From the NCBI GenBank assembly GCA_963804505.1, contig CAWDQP010000010.1:531607-595606 (forward strand): DNA of 64,000 nucleotides. Reading direction: 5' to 3'. Made by a program: the position numbers and the translations under genes. The notes under the pieces are model-generated. The model saw nothing but the letters and a program-made list of their open reading frames with translations, was not told where the DNA came from and made no database searches. The DNA is from an uncultured Thermoplasmata archaeon (lineage in GTDB: Archaea > Thermoplasmatota > Thermoplasmata > Lutacidiplasmatales > UBA184). Positions 33,831 through 44,189 of the stretch are shown piece after piece; positions within the stretch are counted from its first letter, which is position 1, and every line of letters starts with the position of its first letter.

Positions 33831-33850
33831 GGGGCTCCCCTCGCGGCGTC

Positions 33851-35381
33851 GTGACCGGCGCATCGGGGGAATTCCCCGAGGGGGGGACCCCTGTCGCCCT
33901 CTCGGGTCCGGAACGATCCGTGCTCGCGGCGATCCGCGAGATCAAGGACCTTCCCGTCGAGGAGAACGAGCTGGCCAACCGGCTCGGGCTCGGGCTGGAT
34001 GCGGTACGCGGCAGCCTTCAACGCCTCCGCTCGAAGCATCTCGTCTTCGTCGAGGAGGAGCACGAGAAGATCGTGAGCCTCACGCCGCGCGGCAAGGAGG
34101 TGCTCTCCGCGGGTCTACCCGAGCATCGCCTCCTCGACGCGATCCGCGCTCGCGGTCCGCTTACGATGGACGTGGTGAACACGTTGGGACTGCGCGACGA
34201 GGAGCGGTCCGCGGCGATCGGAATTCTGCGGCGGCGCGGCCTCCTCGCGGACGGGGTCCCGTTGCGATTCAAGGCGGACACCCCGCTCAAGGCCGGTCCC
34301 CTGCCGGAAGAGCTGGTCCTTCGACAGATATCGAACGGCGAGACCGAACTCGATGCCGCGGTCGTGGAAGGGCTCGAGCGCCGAGGGCTGGCCCGGACCG
34401 ACCACCGGTCGATCAAGCGGTGGGCTCCCTCGGACGAGGGACGCCGGATCGCGCTCGTCGAAGAAGGGCGAGGCGCCCCTCGGCGCGCTTACTCCCGCGC
34501 TCCTGACGAGCGGCGGCTGGCGCGAACGGGTGTTCCGACCCGTACGACGTGCGGGCGCCGGTCCCCCTGGTCGGCGGCGCTCGGCCGAATGCCTACGTCG
34601 CGTGGCTCGAGGAGTTCGCGGAGATCCTCGTCGGCCTCGGGTTCGAGGAGGCGGAGGGCCCGCTGCTCGAGACCGAGTTCTGGAACAACGACGTCCTGTT
34701 CATGCCCCAGGACCATCCGGCGCGCTCGATCCACGACGCCCTCGCGGTCGAAGGGGTCGCCGGGCACCCGCCCCCCGGCGACCTCCTCGCCCGCGTCGGC
34801 CGCGGTCCACGAGGGGCGACCCCTCCCGGGGGACGCGATGCCCGTCGGGCCCGGATGGCCGCGCCGGTACAACCCGGCGATCGCCGCGCGGCCCGTGCTC
34901 CGCTCGCAGACGACCGCCGTGTCGGCCCGGTTCCTCGCCCGTCACCCTGCCCCGCCGTTCCGGATGTACTCGATCGACCGGAACTTCCGACGCGAGGAGG
35001 TCGACGCCCAGCACCACCTCGAGTTCCAGCAGGCCGAGGGAATCGTGGGCGCGGAGGGGATGACGATCCGACACCTGGTCGGCCTGTTCCGCTCGCTGGC
35101 GGAGGCGATCGGGATTCGGGAGCTCAAGATCCGGCCGAGCTACTTCCCGTTCACCGAGCCGTCGATCGAGGGGTATGTCCGCCACCCGCGCCTCGGCTGG
35201 ATGGAGGTCTTCCCCGGGGGCCTGTTCCGGCCCGAGGTGCTCCGCCCGTTGGGGATCGATGTTCCCGTGCTCGCGTGGGGCGTCGGGATCACGCGCCTCG
35301 CGATGGTCGCGCTCGGTACGCAACGACATCCGCGACCTGTTCGCGGACGACCTGGACGCCCTCGCGGGCAGGCGAGGATAG
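33851..35381 (+). CDS. pheS: Phenylalanine--tRNA ligase alpha subunit; at least four frame breaks
   Basis: N-terminal wHTH repeats are present (LSGPERSVLAAIREI..). The core is FWNNDVLFMPQDHPARS (ORF 34549..), then RSQTTAVSAR..FRMYSIDRNFRREEVDAQHHLEFQQAEG..YFPFTEPS..WGVGITRLAM (ORF 33737..). The tail NDIRDLF lies in ORF 35175..35381. Confidence 0.85.
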
Positions 35382-35384
35382 GCC

Positions 35385-37082
35385 GTGCCGCGTTCGACGC
35401 CTCTCCGGGCCGACGCGTCCTCGAGCTCCTGCCCGAGGGGGTGACGGACGCGACCCTGGACGACCTGTTGTTCGCTTCGAAGGCCGAGGTCGAATCGACG
35501 CGTCGGGGACGAGCTGGAGATCTCCGTGACCCCGGACCGGCTCGACCTGCTCTCCGAGGGCGGCCTGGCCTTCTATCTCCAGGGGGCGCTGGGGACCGCG
35601 TTGGGCCTTCCGAAGACGCGCCGCGCCCGGGCGGTCGCCTCGCCGTGGTCGCTCCGGGTCGACGCTTCCGTCGACCCCGTTCGTCCGTGCATCGCCGGAG
35701 TCCGGGTGCGGGCTCCGGCGGCGGCCGCTGGACGAGGGAACCCTGGCCGAGGCCGTGCGATTCCAGGAGATACTACACGCTACGGTCGGGCGCGACCGCC
35801 GGGCGATGAGCCTAGGCATCTATCCGGCCAGTCGGATCCAGCCGCCGGTCCGATACGCGTTCGAGCCGGTCGATTCGATCCGATTCATGCCCCTCCGGGG
35901 GACGGACCCCGTGACGGGCGCCGAGTTCCTGGCCAGCGACCCGATGGCCGAGCGGTACGGTGCGCTGGGCGCGTCCGAAGGACGGTGCCTCACCCTCCGC
36001 GACGCGGCCGGGAACATCCTGAGCCTTCCGCCGATTCTCAACAGTCGGGGCGCGGGCGGGGCGCAGCCCAAGGACCGGGAGCTCCTTCTCGAAGCGACGG
36101 GGACCCGACCGCGGGCGGTGCGCGAGGGTCTGGGGCTGCTGCTGGTGGTGTTCGCGGCCCGGGGGTGGTCGGTCGCGCCGGTGCCGGTCGAGCGCGCCGA
36201 CGGGTCCCGCGACGAGGGGAACTCGGTCGTGGAGCCGGTCGAGCTGGATCTGTCCGCGGAGCTGCTCGAGCAGATCACCGGGTACTCCCCTGACGTACCC
36301 CGAGGTCTCGGCGGCGTTCGCCCGGGCGCGTCTCACCGCCCGTCGCGTGCGGGGAGGATACCGCGTAGCCGCCCCCCCGTGGCGTCCCGACCTTCTCGCG
36401 GCGGTCGACCTGGCCGAAGAGGTCGTTCTGACGCGGGGCGTGCGGTCCGAGGACGGGATCGTGCCCCCCACGCCGACCCGTGGGCGACGCCGCGCGCAGA
36501 CGGTGTTCCGCCACCGGATCGCCACCCTGCTCCTCGGGCTGGAGTTCGCGCAGCCGCACACGCCGCTCCTCGTCTCGGACGCGAGCGTCGGCACGGGTCG
36601 AGGGGAGCGCTACGATACGGCTCAAGAACCCCGTTTCGGCGGAGTTCGCACACCTGCGCGACCGCCTCCTCCTGTCGCACCTGGACGTCCTCGCCCACAA
36701 CACACGGCGCAGCTACCCCCAGCGGTTCGGGGAAGTGGCGCCCGTCGTGGTGCGCCAACCGAGCGCGGAGTCCGGCGCCGAGACCCGCCATCACGCCGGG
36801 TTGATCGTCGCGAGCGAGCGGGCCGGCTTCGCGGACGCGGCCGCGCTGGTCGAGTATCTGCTCGGGAGCCTGGACGTCGGATCGGTTCGCGAGCCCGCGG
36901 AGCTTCCGGGGACGATCCCGGCCGGGCCGCGCGAACCCGGGTGGCAGGGGAGGTGGTCGCCGAGATGGGCGAGATCCACCCGCGGATCCTCGCACGAGAT
37001 CGGGGTGCCCGTGCCGAGCGCGTGGGCCGAGCTGGACCTCACGGCGCTGTGGCCGCTGATCGCGCGCCGCGACACCGATTAA
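35385..37082 (+). CDS. pheT: Phenylalanine--tRNA ligase beta subunit; at least five frame breaks
   Basis: The readable pieces are [94 protein letters not shown] and the C-terminal B3/4-like part ending ELDLTAL. The gene lies immediately after pheS. Confidence 0.8.
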
Positions 37083-37105
37083 TAGCGTCCCCCGGTCGGA
37101 CGGCG

Positions 37106-38786
37106 ATGGCGCGCTCCCGACGTGCGTCGCGCCCAGATCCTCGGCGGACCCGGTGGGAACGCGACGCCCGGGCCGCGATCGGTGACCGGGTCGACGGGGG
37201 CCGCCTGCCGCTCCTCGCGTCGCCACCCGATGCCCCGGACGAGGCGTTCCTTTCCAAGGTCGGGTTTCCCGGTGAGGCGCCGTTCACCCGGGGAATCCAG
37301 CCGACGATGTACCGGGGTCGGATCTGGACGTTCCGGCAGGTACTCGGGGTTCGGGAGCGCCCAGGCGACGAACCAGCGGTTCCGGTTCCTCCTGGACGGG
37401 GGGCAGACCGGGCTGTCGGTAGCGTTCGACCTCCCGACGCAGAACGGCTACGACTCGGACCACCCGCGCTCGCGCGGCGAGGTCGGCCGGTGCGGGGTCC
37501 CGATCGCCTCCCTCGGGGACATGCGGACGTTGTTCCACGGGATCTCGCTGGACGCGGCGACCGTCTCGATGACGATCAACGCCACCGCCCCGATCCTCGT
37601 TCCACTCCTCGTCGCGGTCGCCGAGGAGAACGGGGTGCCCCGGGCGCGCCTTTCGGGCACGGTCCAGAACGACGTGCTGAAGGAGTACGTCGCGCGCGGG
37701 ACCTACATCTACCCACCCGCCGCGTCCCTGCGCCTCACGGTCGACCTGATCGAGTTCTCGACTGCGCGAGATGCCGCAGTGGAACTACATCAGCGTCTCG
37801 GGCTACCACATGCGCGAGGCCGGCGCGACCGCCCCCCAGGAGGTCGCGTTCACGCTCGCCAACGCGATCGCCTACGTGCGCGCCGTGCAGCAGCGGGGGC
37901 TCGACCTCGAGAGCTTCCTGCCCCGGCTGTCGTTCTTCTTCTCGTCCGACATCCACTTCCTCGAGGAGATCGCGAAATACCGCGCCGCGCGGCGGCTCTG
38001 GTCCCGGATCGTCGGGGAGACGTTCGGCGTGAAGAGCGCGCGCGCGCGTCAGCTGCGGTTCCACACCCAGACGGCGGGCTCCAGTCTCACGGCCCAGCAG
38101 CCCGAGTTGAACGTCATCCGCACCACGATCGAAGCGCTCGCCGCGACCCTCGGTGGGACCCAGTCGCTCCACACGAACGCCCTGGACGAGGCCCTCGGGC
38201 TCCCGACGGAGCCGGCGGCCCGGCTGGCGCTCCGAACCCAGCAGACCCTCGCGGAGGAATCCGGCGTGGCGAACACGGTCGATCCCCTCGGCGGGTCGTA
38301 CGCTATCGAGGAAGCGACCGACCGCATCGAAGAGGCCGCCGGCGAGTATCTCGCGCGGATCGACGCGATGGGCGGCGCGATCGCGGCGATCGACCGGGGA
38401 TTCTTCGCGGCGGAGATCGCCCGCGAAGCGTACCGCGTCGCCCGGGCGCGCGAGGCCCGCGAGGAGACGGTCGTGGGCGTCAATCAGAATCTCGAGGGCA
38501 ATCCTTCGTTCTCGCTGTTCCCGAAGTCGGGCCGAGGCGTGGCGGGCCAGCGGATCTCCCCCGAGGACGAGGCGGCCCAAGTCGAATCGCCTGGTCCGCT
38601 GGCGGCGCGCGCGCGATCCGTGCGCTCGCCGGCGGCGCGATCGACCGCCTGCGCCGGACGACCGACTCGGGCGGGAACGTAATCCCGGACGTCCTCGCGG
38701 CGGTCGTCGCCGGCTGCACCCTGGGGGAGATCGCGGACGTATGGCGCGAGGCGTTCGGCGAGCAGCCCCCCTCGCGGGCGTTCTAG
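37106..38786 (+). CDS. Methylmalonyl-CoA mutase, large (catalytic, TIM-barrel) subunit; at least four frame breaks
   Basis: The pieces are [94 protein letters not shown] and [15 protein letters not shown]. They are spread over ORFs 36347.., 37122.. and 37771... Confidence 0.85.
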
Positions 38787-38798
38787 GGGGTCCCGTTC

Positions 38799-39194
38799 GT
38801 GCAGGTGGACCATGTCGGCATCGCCGTCGGCGACCTCGCGAGCGCGCTCGACCGATGGCGGCCCCTCCTGGGCGAGCCCGAGTCGCCGCCCGAAGTGGTC
38901 GCGACGCAGAGCGTCCGGGTCGCCTTCCTGCGGGCCGGGGAGACCCATATCGAGCTCCTCGAGCCCACCTCGCCCGACTCGCCGGTCGGCCGATTCCTCG
39001 CCTCCCGGGGCGAAGGAACGCACCATCTCGCGTTCCGCGTTCCGAGCGTGGACGCGGCGTTGGCCGAGGTCGTCGAACGCGGCGGTCGCGTGGTCGACCG
39101 GATCGGACGCATGGGAGCCCGGGGTCGCAGGGTCGGGTTCGCCCACCCCACCGCCTTCGGCGGGGTGCTGGTCGAGTTCGTGGAGGCACCGTGA
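38799..39194 (+). CDS. mce: Methylmalonyl-CoA epimerase (VOC/glyoxalase family)
   Basis: Intact 131-aa ORF with VDHVGIAV.DL..A......LG, ELLEP, GEGTHHLAFRV and AFGGVLVEF. It lies directly after the mutase gene. Confidence 0.8.
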   Translation: MQVDHVGIAVGDLASALDRWRPLLGEPESPPEVVATQSVRVAFLRAGETHIELLEPTSPDSPVGRFLASRGEGTHHLAFRVPSVDAALAEVVERGGRVVDRIGRMGARGRRVGFAHPTAFGGVLVEFVEAP

Positions 39195-40400
39195 GCCGGA
39201 TCGTCTCGGCCGACTCGGCGGCGATCATCGACAGCCGCGGGCCAACCGACGGTCGAGGCGACCCTCCTGCTCGAGTCCGGCGCCGGGGCCGCGCGGGGGC
39301 GCCCAGCGGGGCGAGCACGGGGGTCCACGAGGTCCGGGCGTTCCCGGAAGGCGGTGCTCTGGAGGCCCTGAAGCGTTTCCCTCAGAAGGTGGCTCCCCGA
39401 CTCGTGGGGGTCGACGCGGCCGACCGCAGCGCGGTCGACGCCGCCCTCCACGCGGCCGACGGAACCGCGGATTTCTCCGCAGATCGGCGGTAACACGGCG
39501 ACTGCGGTCTCCGTGGCCAGCGCGATCGCGCACGCCTCGGAGCAGGGCGTCCCCCTCTGGAAGGTACTGGCCCGGCCGGGGGTCGACCGGCCCTCGTTTC
39601 CCGCGATCGTCGGCAACTGCCTGAACGGCGGCCGTCATGCGATCGGGGGACCGGACATGCAGGAGTTCATCGCCTTCGCCGAATCGCCCCGCCCGGAGGA
39701 GTCGGTGCGCGCGGCGGTCCGGGTGCACACCCTGCTCGGCCAGGAGCTCCACCGCCGGTATCCTACCCTCGCCCTCGGCCGGGGCGACGAGGGCGGCTGG
39801 GTCGCGCCGATCGGGAACGTCGAGGCGCTGGAACTCCTCCACGGCGCCTGCGCGCGGGCGCGGGACGAGCTGAAGACCGAGGTCCACCCCGGGTTCGACC
39901 TCGCGGCCAGCGAATTCTACCGCGAGGGGACGGTACCGCTACAAGGACCGGGTCCTGGACGCGGAGGGCCAGGTCGCGTTCGTGGCGGAGCTCGTCGACC
40001 AGTACGGGATCCGGTACGTCGAGGACCCGCTCGACCAGGAGGCGTTCGACGAGTTCGCGAGCTGACGCGCGCGATCGGCGACCGTGCGGTCGTGGTCGGC
40101 GACGACATCTACTGCACCCGACTCGCGCGCCTTGAGCGGGGCGTGGAACATCGGTCGAGCAACGCCGTCCTGATCAAAGTCAACCAGGTCGGCACCCTTT
40201 CGGATACGTTCGCGACCGTCGACCTCGCGCGGGAGAAGGGTCTCGCCACCATCACGTCGCACCGGTCGGGGGACCTCCCGGAAGGGTGGCTGGCCCACCT
40301 CGCGGTCGGGACCGCGGCCCGGGGCATCAAGTGCGGGCTTCTCGGTGGGGAGCGCGTGGCAAAGCTAAATGAACTCCTGCGGCTCGGCCGCGCCACCTGA
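39191..40400 (+). CDS. eno: Enolase; about four frame breaks
   Basis: The pieces are IIDSRG..PTVEA, APSGASTGVHEV, IGGNTATAVSVA, NGGRHA, GDEGGW, VGDDIY, NAVLIKVNQVGTLSD and SHRSGD. GTGA overlap with mce, and the stop overlaps the rps2 start (TGATG). Confidence 0.85.
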
Positions 40401-41057
40401 TGCCCGACGACGAGCCGATGGCCGAAGAGCCGGTGAGCGCCTCCGACGGGCAGGACATCCGCCCGGGGGAGCTTCTCGATCCCGGAGGACACCTACCTCA
40501 CCTCCGGCGTACACATCGGCACCCAGCAGAAGTCGGCGTCGATGCGCCGGTTCGTCTACAAGATCCGCTTCGACGGGCTCCACGTCCTGGACGTCCGGGA
40601 GACCGACCGGCGGATCCGATTCGCCGCCAAGTTCCTCGCCCGACTTCCTTCCGAGCGCATCCTCACCGTTTCCCAGCGCCAGTACGGCCAGAAGCCGGTC
40701 CGGGTCTTCGCGAAGACCGTGGGCGCCGTCTCGTTCGCCGAGCGGTTCGTTCCCGGGTGCCTGACGAATCCCAACCTTCCCGAGTACTTCGAGCCGAAGG
40801 TGCTGGTGGTCACCGACCCCGCCACGGACCAGCAGGCGCTGAGCGAGGCGGTCTCGATCGGGATCCCGGTCGTGGGCCTGTGTGACGTCAACAACGAGAC
40901 GCGGGACGTCGACCTCGTGATCCCCGCGAACAACAAGGGGCGGGTCGCGCTCGCCACGGTCTACTGGCTGCTCGCGCGCGAGGTTCTCCGCGCCCGGGCG
41001 GGCGGTTCCGAGCCCGAGTACACCCTGACGATCGAGGACTTCCAGGCCGCCCTGTAG
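40400..41057 (+). CDS. rps2: 30S ribosomal protein S2 (uS2); one frame break near 40470
   Basis: [14 protein letters not shown] must be read after a shift. It is followed by [41 protein letters not shown] in ORF 40542..41057. Confidence 0.9.
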
Positions 41058-41111
41058 GCGCCGGGAACGGCGTTCCGGCATCGTCTTATCGGCCCCCCGC
41101 CTTTCTCCGGC

Positions 41112-42386
41112 ATGAGCCGGACCGGCTCGGGACTTCTCGAACTGCTCACCGAGCACGGGGTGCCGGAGAAGGGCGCCCGGCTCTACCTGGCCGCTTGCCG
41201 CGCGGGCCCCCAGACCGCGAGCGAGCTCGCCCGTCTCTCCGCCGTCAACCGCGTGGAGGCGTACCGGATCATCAAGCAGCTCGTGGCGGAAGGGCTCCTG
41301 AGCGCGACCGGCGCCCGACCGCACCGGTTCGCGGCGCTTCCGCCCGCCGAGCTGGTCGACCGTTGGATCCACCGGGCCTCCGAGCGGCTGCACCAGCTCG
41401 AGCAGGGGCGCCCGCGCATCCTCGCGGACTGGGAGGAGCAGCGGACCGACCTCGACGAGCGCGACCCCCGCAAGTTCGCGGTCCTCGACGGCCGGGAGGC
41501 GATCCGGAGCGTGCTCCGAAAGCGCATCGGGACCGCGAAGGAACAGATCCTCGTCAGCGCGAACGGCCCGATACTCCTCTCGATGATCGAGGGCGGGATC
41601 GACCGCGCGTTCCGCGAGGCGGTCGCCCGCGGGGTCAAGGTCCGTGTCGTGACGGAGGTCTATCCGTCCAACCTCCCCCAGGCCAAGCACTTCGCGGCGT
41701 TCTCCGAGCTTCGCCACACCGGCGGCCCGATCTCCAGCCGGGCGATCGTCATCGACCGCGTCGGCGCGGTGATCTCCGTCTCGGGCGAGGACGGACTTCC
41801 CCCCGCCGGGGGCGAAGAGGTCGCCCTCTGGTCGACCTCCCCGACGTTCGTCCGGCGTGTCCGGGACTACCATCGACGCCTGTGGGCCGCGTCGGTCCGT
41901 GCCGAGAGCCGTTTCGTCGAGCTTGAGAACCCGCCGGCCGCGGTGCTGCCGGTGGTCGGGGGCCGCGAGGCGATCCCGTTCCAGCGACTGAAGGAGATCA
42001 CGAAGCTCGGCATGCGCGCTTCCGGGGTCCGGGAGTTCGAGCTGGCGCTCCCCGAAATGATCGAGACGATCGCCCGACAGCTGGGGCGGGAGATCGCCGA
42101 GCAGGTGGAGGGTGAGACCGTCGAAGAGGCTGCCCGCTCGCTGTCCCGTTACTACGAGACCCATACCATGGGCCACCTCGGCGTCGTGAAGGACCATCCG
42201 CTGACGCTGAGGGTCACGGGGTGCTTCGCCTGCACCACGGATTCGCCCGAGATCGGCCGGGTGATCTGCCCCCAGCTGTTCCGCGCCGTCCTCGAGGCGC
42301 GTGTCGGCGGCCGCTGGGAGGTCTCGAAGCCCGATCCCACGAAGCACGCCGCCCGAGGGTGCGTTTTCACCGCGACGGCCGCGTAA
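41112..42386 (+). CDS. TrmB-family transcriptional regulator with C-terminal V4R-like domain
   Basis: Intact 424-aa ORF. The N-terminal wHTH is LLELLTEHGVPEKGARLYLAACRAGPQTASELARLSAVNRVEAYRIIKQLVAEGL. A TrmB-type middle domain follows. The C-terminus is GHLGVV...LRVTGCFAC..IGRVICPQLFRAVLE. Confidence 0.65.
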   Translation: MSRTGSGLLELLTEHGVPEKGARLYLAACRAGPQTASELARLSAVNRVEAYRIIKQLVAEGLLSATGARPHRFAALPPAELVDRWIHRASERLHQLEQGRPRILADWEEQRTDLDERDPRKFAVLDGREAIRSVLRKRIGTAKEQILVSANGPILLSMIEGGIDRAFREAVARGVKVRVVTEVYPSNLPQAKHFAAFSELRHTGGPISSRAIVIDRVGAVISVSGEDGLPPAGGEEVALWSTSPTFVRRVRDYHRRLWAASVRAESRFVELENPPAAVLPVVGGREAIPFQRLKEITKLGMRASGVREFELALPEMIETIARQLGREIAEQVEGETVEEAARSLSRYYETHTMGHLGVVKDHPLTLRVTGCFACTTDSPEIGRVICPQLFRAVLEARVGGRWEVSKPDPTKHAARGCVFTATAA

Positions 42387-42485
42387 CGGTCGGCACCATC
42401 GCCGCGAGATCGCCGGAATCTCAGACGCTCGCTGCCGGTCGGCTGCGTGAGCTTGTGCCGGCGCCGGATCTTCGGCGGTGTGCGG

Positions 42486-42797
42486 TCATGCTCTCTCCGC
42501 CGGTTGGTAGGCGTGCCCCAACCCGGGATGGTGGTCGACTCTGGCGGTGACGCACCGCTCCCCCGATTCGGGCCATCGGAAGGTGCACGGCGGCTCGTCT
42601 TCATCGGCCCTCGCCGCCCTTGCCGGTAGCCAGCCGGGTCGCCGCCGCTCCTCGTCGATGTAGCGCTGGATATCGCGCTTCAAAAGCCGCTCGAAGGAGC
42701 GGTTGAGCATCCACACACCCCACACGACCCAGAGCGCGGTGAGGGTCCTCGAGATTACGATCGCCTCGAGAAGCACATAGACGATATGGTGCGCCAT
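42486..42797 (-). CDS. Small hypothetical membrane protein
   Basis: 103-aa ORF with one clear N-terminal TM pair (VYVLLEAIVISRTLTALWVVWGVWML). GC is lower than in surrounding genes. There is no recognisable family, and it may not be real. Confidence 0.3.
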   Translation of the reverse strand: MAHHIVYVLLEAIVISRTLTALWVVWGVWMLNRSFERLLKRDIQRYIDEERRRPGWLPARAARADEDEPPCTFRWPESGERCVTARVDHHPGLGHAYQPAERA

Positions 42798-42994
42798 GTT
42801 AGGCCCCCCCGATCAGGACTCTCGCGAGGGCCCGGTTCAGGACTTCCATTCGCCAGGCGTCCTCAGCACCGTCGGTCTGAATAGACCTCGGGACGGAGTG
42901 GGCCAGCGACTCCGACCTAGGTCCCAAAGCCGTGCTACACCTGCGCTCAGTGTAGCAACTGTATACTACAACCGCGACAAGGTTGGGATGAAGG

Positions 42995-43002
42995 TATAAA
43001 TA
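42995..43002 (+). promoter_or_regulatory. Strong TATA box upstream of tfb
   Basis: TATAAATA is the best TATA match in the window and is preceded by a purine-rich GGGATGAAGG. The predicted TSS is about 43025. Confidence 0.55.
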
Positions 43003-43131
43003 CGCCCCCCGGTTACGGAGGGGCAGAAGCTATGAAGCCCAATGTAGCGGCCCCGGCGAGCGTCCGCTCCCGCACACCCTCGAAGCCGGCCTCGAAGGCT
43101 ACCCCCTTGCCCGGGGGCCAGGCCCACGCCG

Positions 43132-44124
43132 GTGGCCCCCACGTCGGACCTGTGTCCGAACTGCGGGTCTTCCCACCTCATCCGGGACGAGATCCGGGGT
43201 GAGATCGTCTGCGCCGACTGCGGACTCGTCGTCGACCAGAGCGCCCTCGTCAGCGACCGCGGACAGCGGGGTTCGAAGGAGGACACCGGTCGCGAGGCTC
43301 GCGGCTGGGGCCCGGTTATCTCCCCGCTCATGCCGGACAAGGGGCTGTTCAGCGAGATCGGGGTTCCGACTCGGGACTTCCAGGGCAACTCGCTCTCCCG
43401 CAACACCTCCCTCAAGTTCTACCATCTGAGGAAGCTCAACCACCGGCTCCGTGCGGCCCGCACCCACCAGCGCAACCTCGTGGTCGCCCTGGGCGAGCTG
43501 AACCGGCTCGCGGGCGTGCTCGGGTTGTCGCGCGAGGTGAAGGAGTCGGCGACGTACATCTACCGCCGGGCCCTGGAGCACAAGGCGACCCGCGGAAAGA
43601 AGATCGTCGCGCTCGTTGCCGCCAGCGTCTATGCGGCGTGCCGGCAGTGCCACGTTCCCCGGACGATGAAGGAGATCATCGCCCACTCGAAGGCGACCAA
43701 GATCGAGGTCGGCCGAGCCTACACGCTCCTCGCCCGCGAGCTCAAGCTCGGTCTCAAGCCGGTCGAGCCGCGCGACTACCTGGTCCGGTTCACGCAGGAT
43801 CTGAACCTCTCGAAGGAGGTCCGGCAGAAGGTCCTCGAGCTCCTGGAGCAGGTGGAGCAGGTCTACTCGACCAGCGGGGTGCTGCCGAACGGCATCCTCG
43901 CGACCATCATCTACATCGCGTCGAACCTGATGGGGGAACCGCGGAGCCAGGACCGGATCGCGGCGGTCGCCAACGTTACGCCGGTGACGATCCGCAACCA
44001 CTACAAGGAGCTCCTCGACCTCCTCGGGCTCCCGAAGAACCTCGCGAACCCCCAGGCCCGCGGGACGCTCCCGGCGGACACGGGCGAGAAACTGGCGGCC
44101 GACGCGGCCGCCGCCGGTCACTGA
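43132..44124 (+). CDS. tfb: Transcription initiation factor IIB (TFB)
   Basis: Intact 330-aa ORF from a GTG. The N-terminal zinc ribbon is CPNCGSSHLIRDEIRGEIVCADCG, followed by a B-reader and two cyclin folds (ALVAASVYAACR.. / ILATIIYIAS..). A 5' extension from the ATG at 43032 is possible (see findings). Confidence 0.9.
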   Translation: MAPTSDLCPNCGSSHLIRDEIRGEIVCADCGLVVDQSALVSDRGQRGSKEDTGREARGWGPVISPLMPDKGLFSEIGVPTRDFQGNSLSRNTSLKFYHLRKLNHRLRAARTHQRNLVVALGELNRLAGVLGLSREVKESATYIYRRALEHKATRGKKIVALVAASVYAACRQCHVPRTMKEIIAHSKATKIEVGRAYTLLARELKLGLKPVEPRDYLVRFTQDLNLSKEVRQKVLELLEQVEQVYSTSGVLPNGILATIIYIASNLMGEPRSQDRIAAVANVTPVTIRNHYKELLDLLGLPKNLANPQARGTLPADTGEKLAADAAAAGH

Positions 44125-44189
44125 GCGGCCTCTCCGCCCCGGGGCCCGTCGCCCGGAAGGGAGATGAACCCGGGGCGGGCTCGCCGAAC

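Noticed and set aside
27346-40500. The frame breaks could be programmed ribosomal frameshift sites, given their clustering.
   Set aside because: No shared slippery heptamer or downstream structure is visible. Both +1 and -1 corrections are needed, and they fall at simple G/C runs. Several genes would need four to six successive programmed events, which is implausible.
42798-43031. A C/D-box or other small RNA in the GC-poor spacer upstream of tfb.
   Set aside because: CTGA (D-box-like) occurs at 42888, but there is no RUGAUGA C box at a suitable distance on either strand. The features fit a promoter/operator region better.
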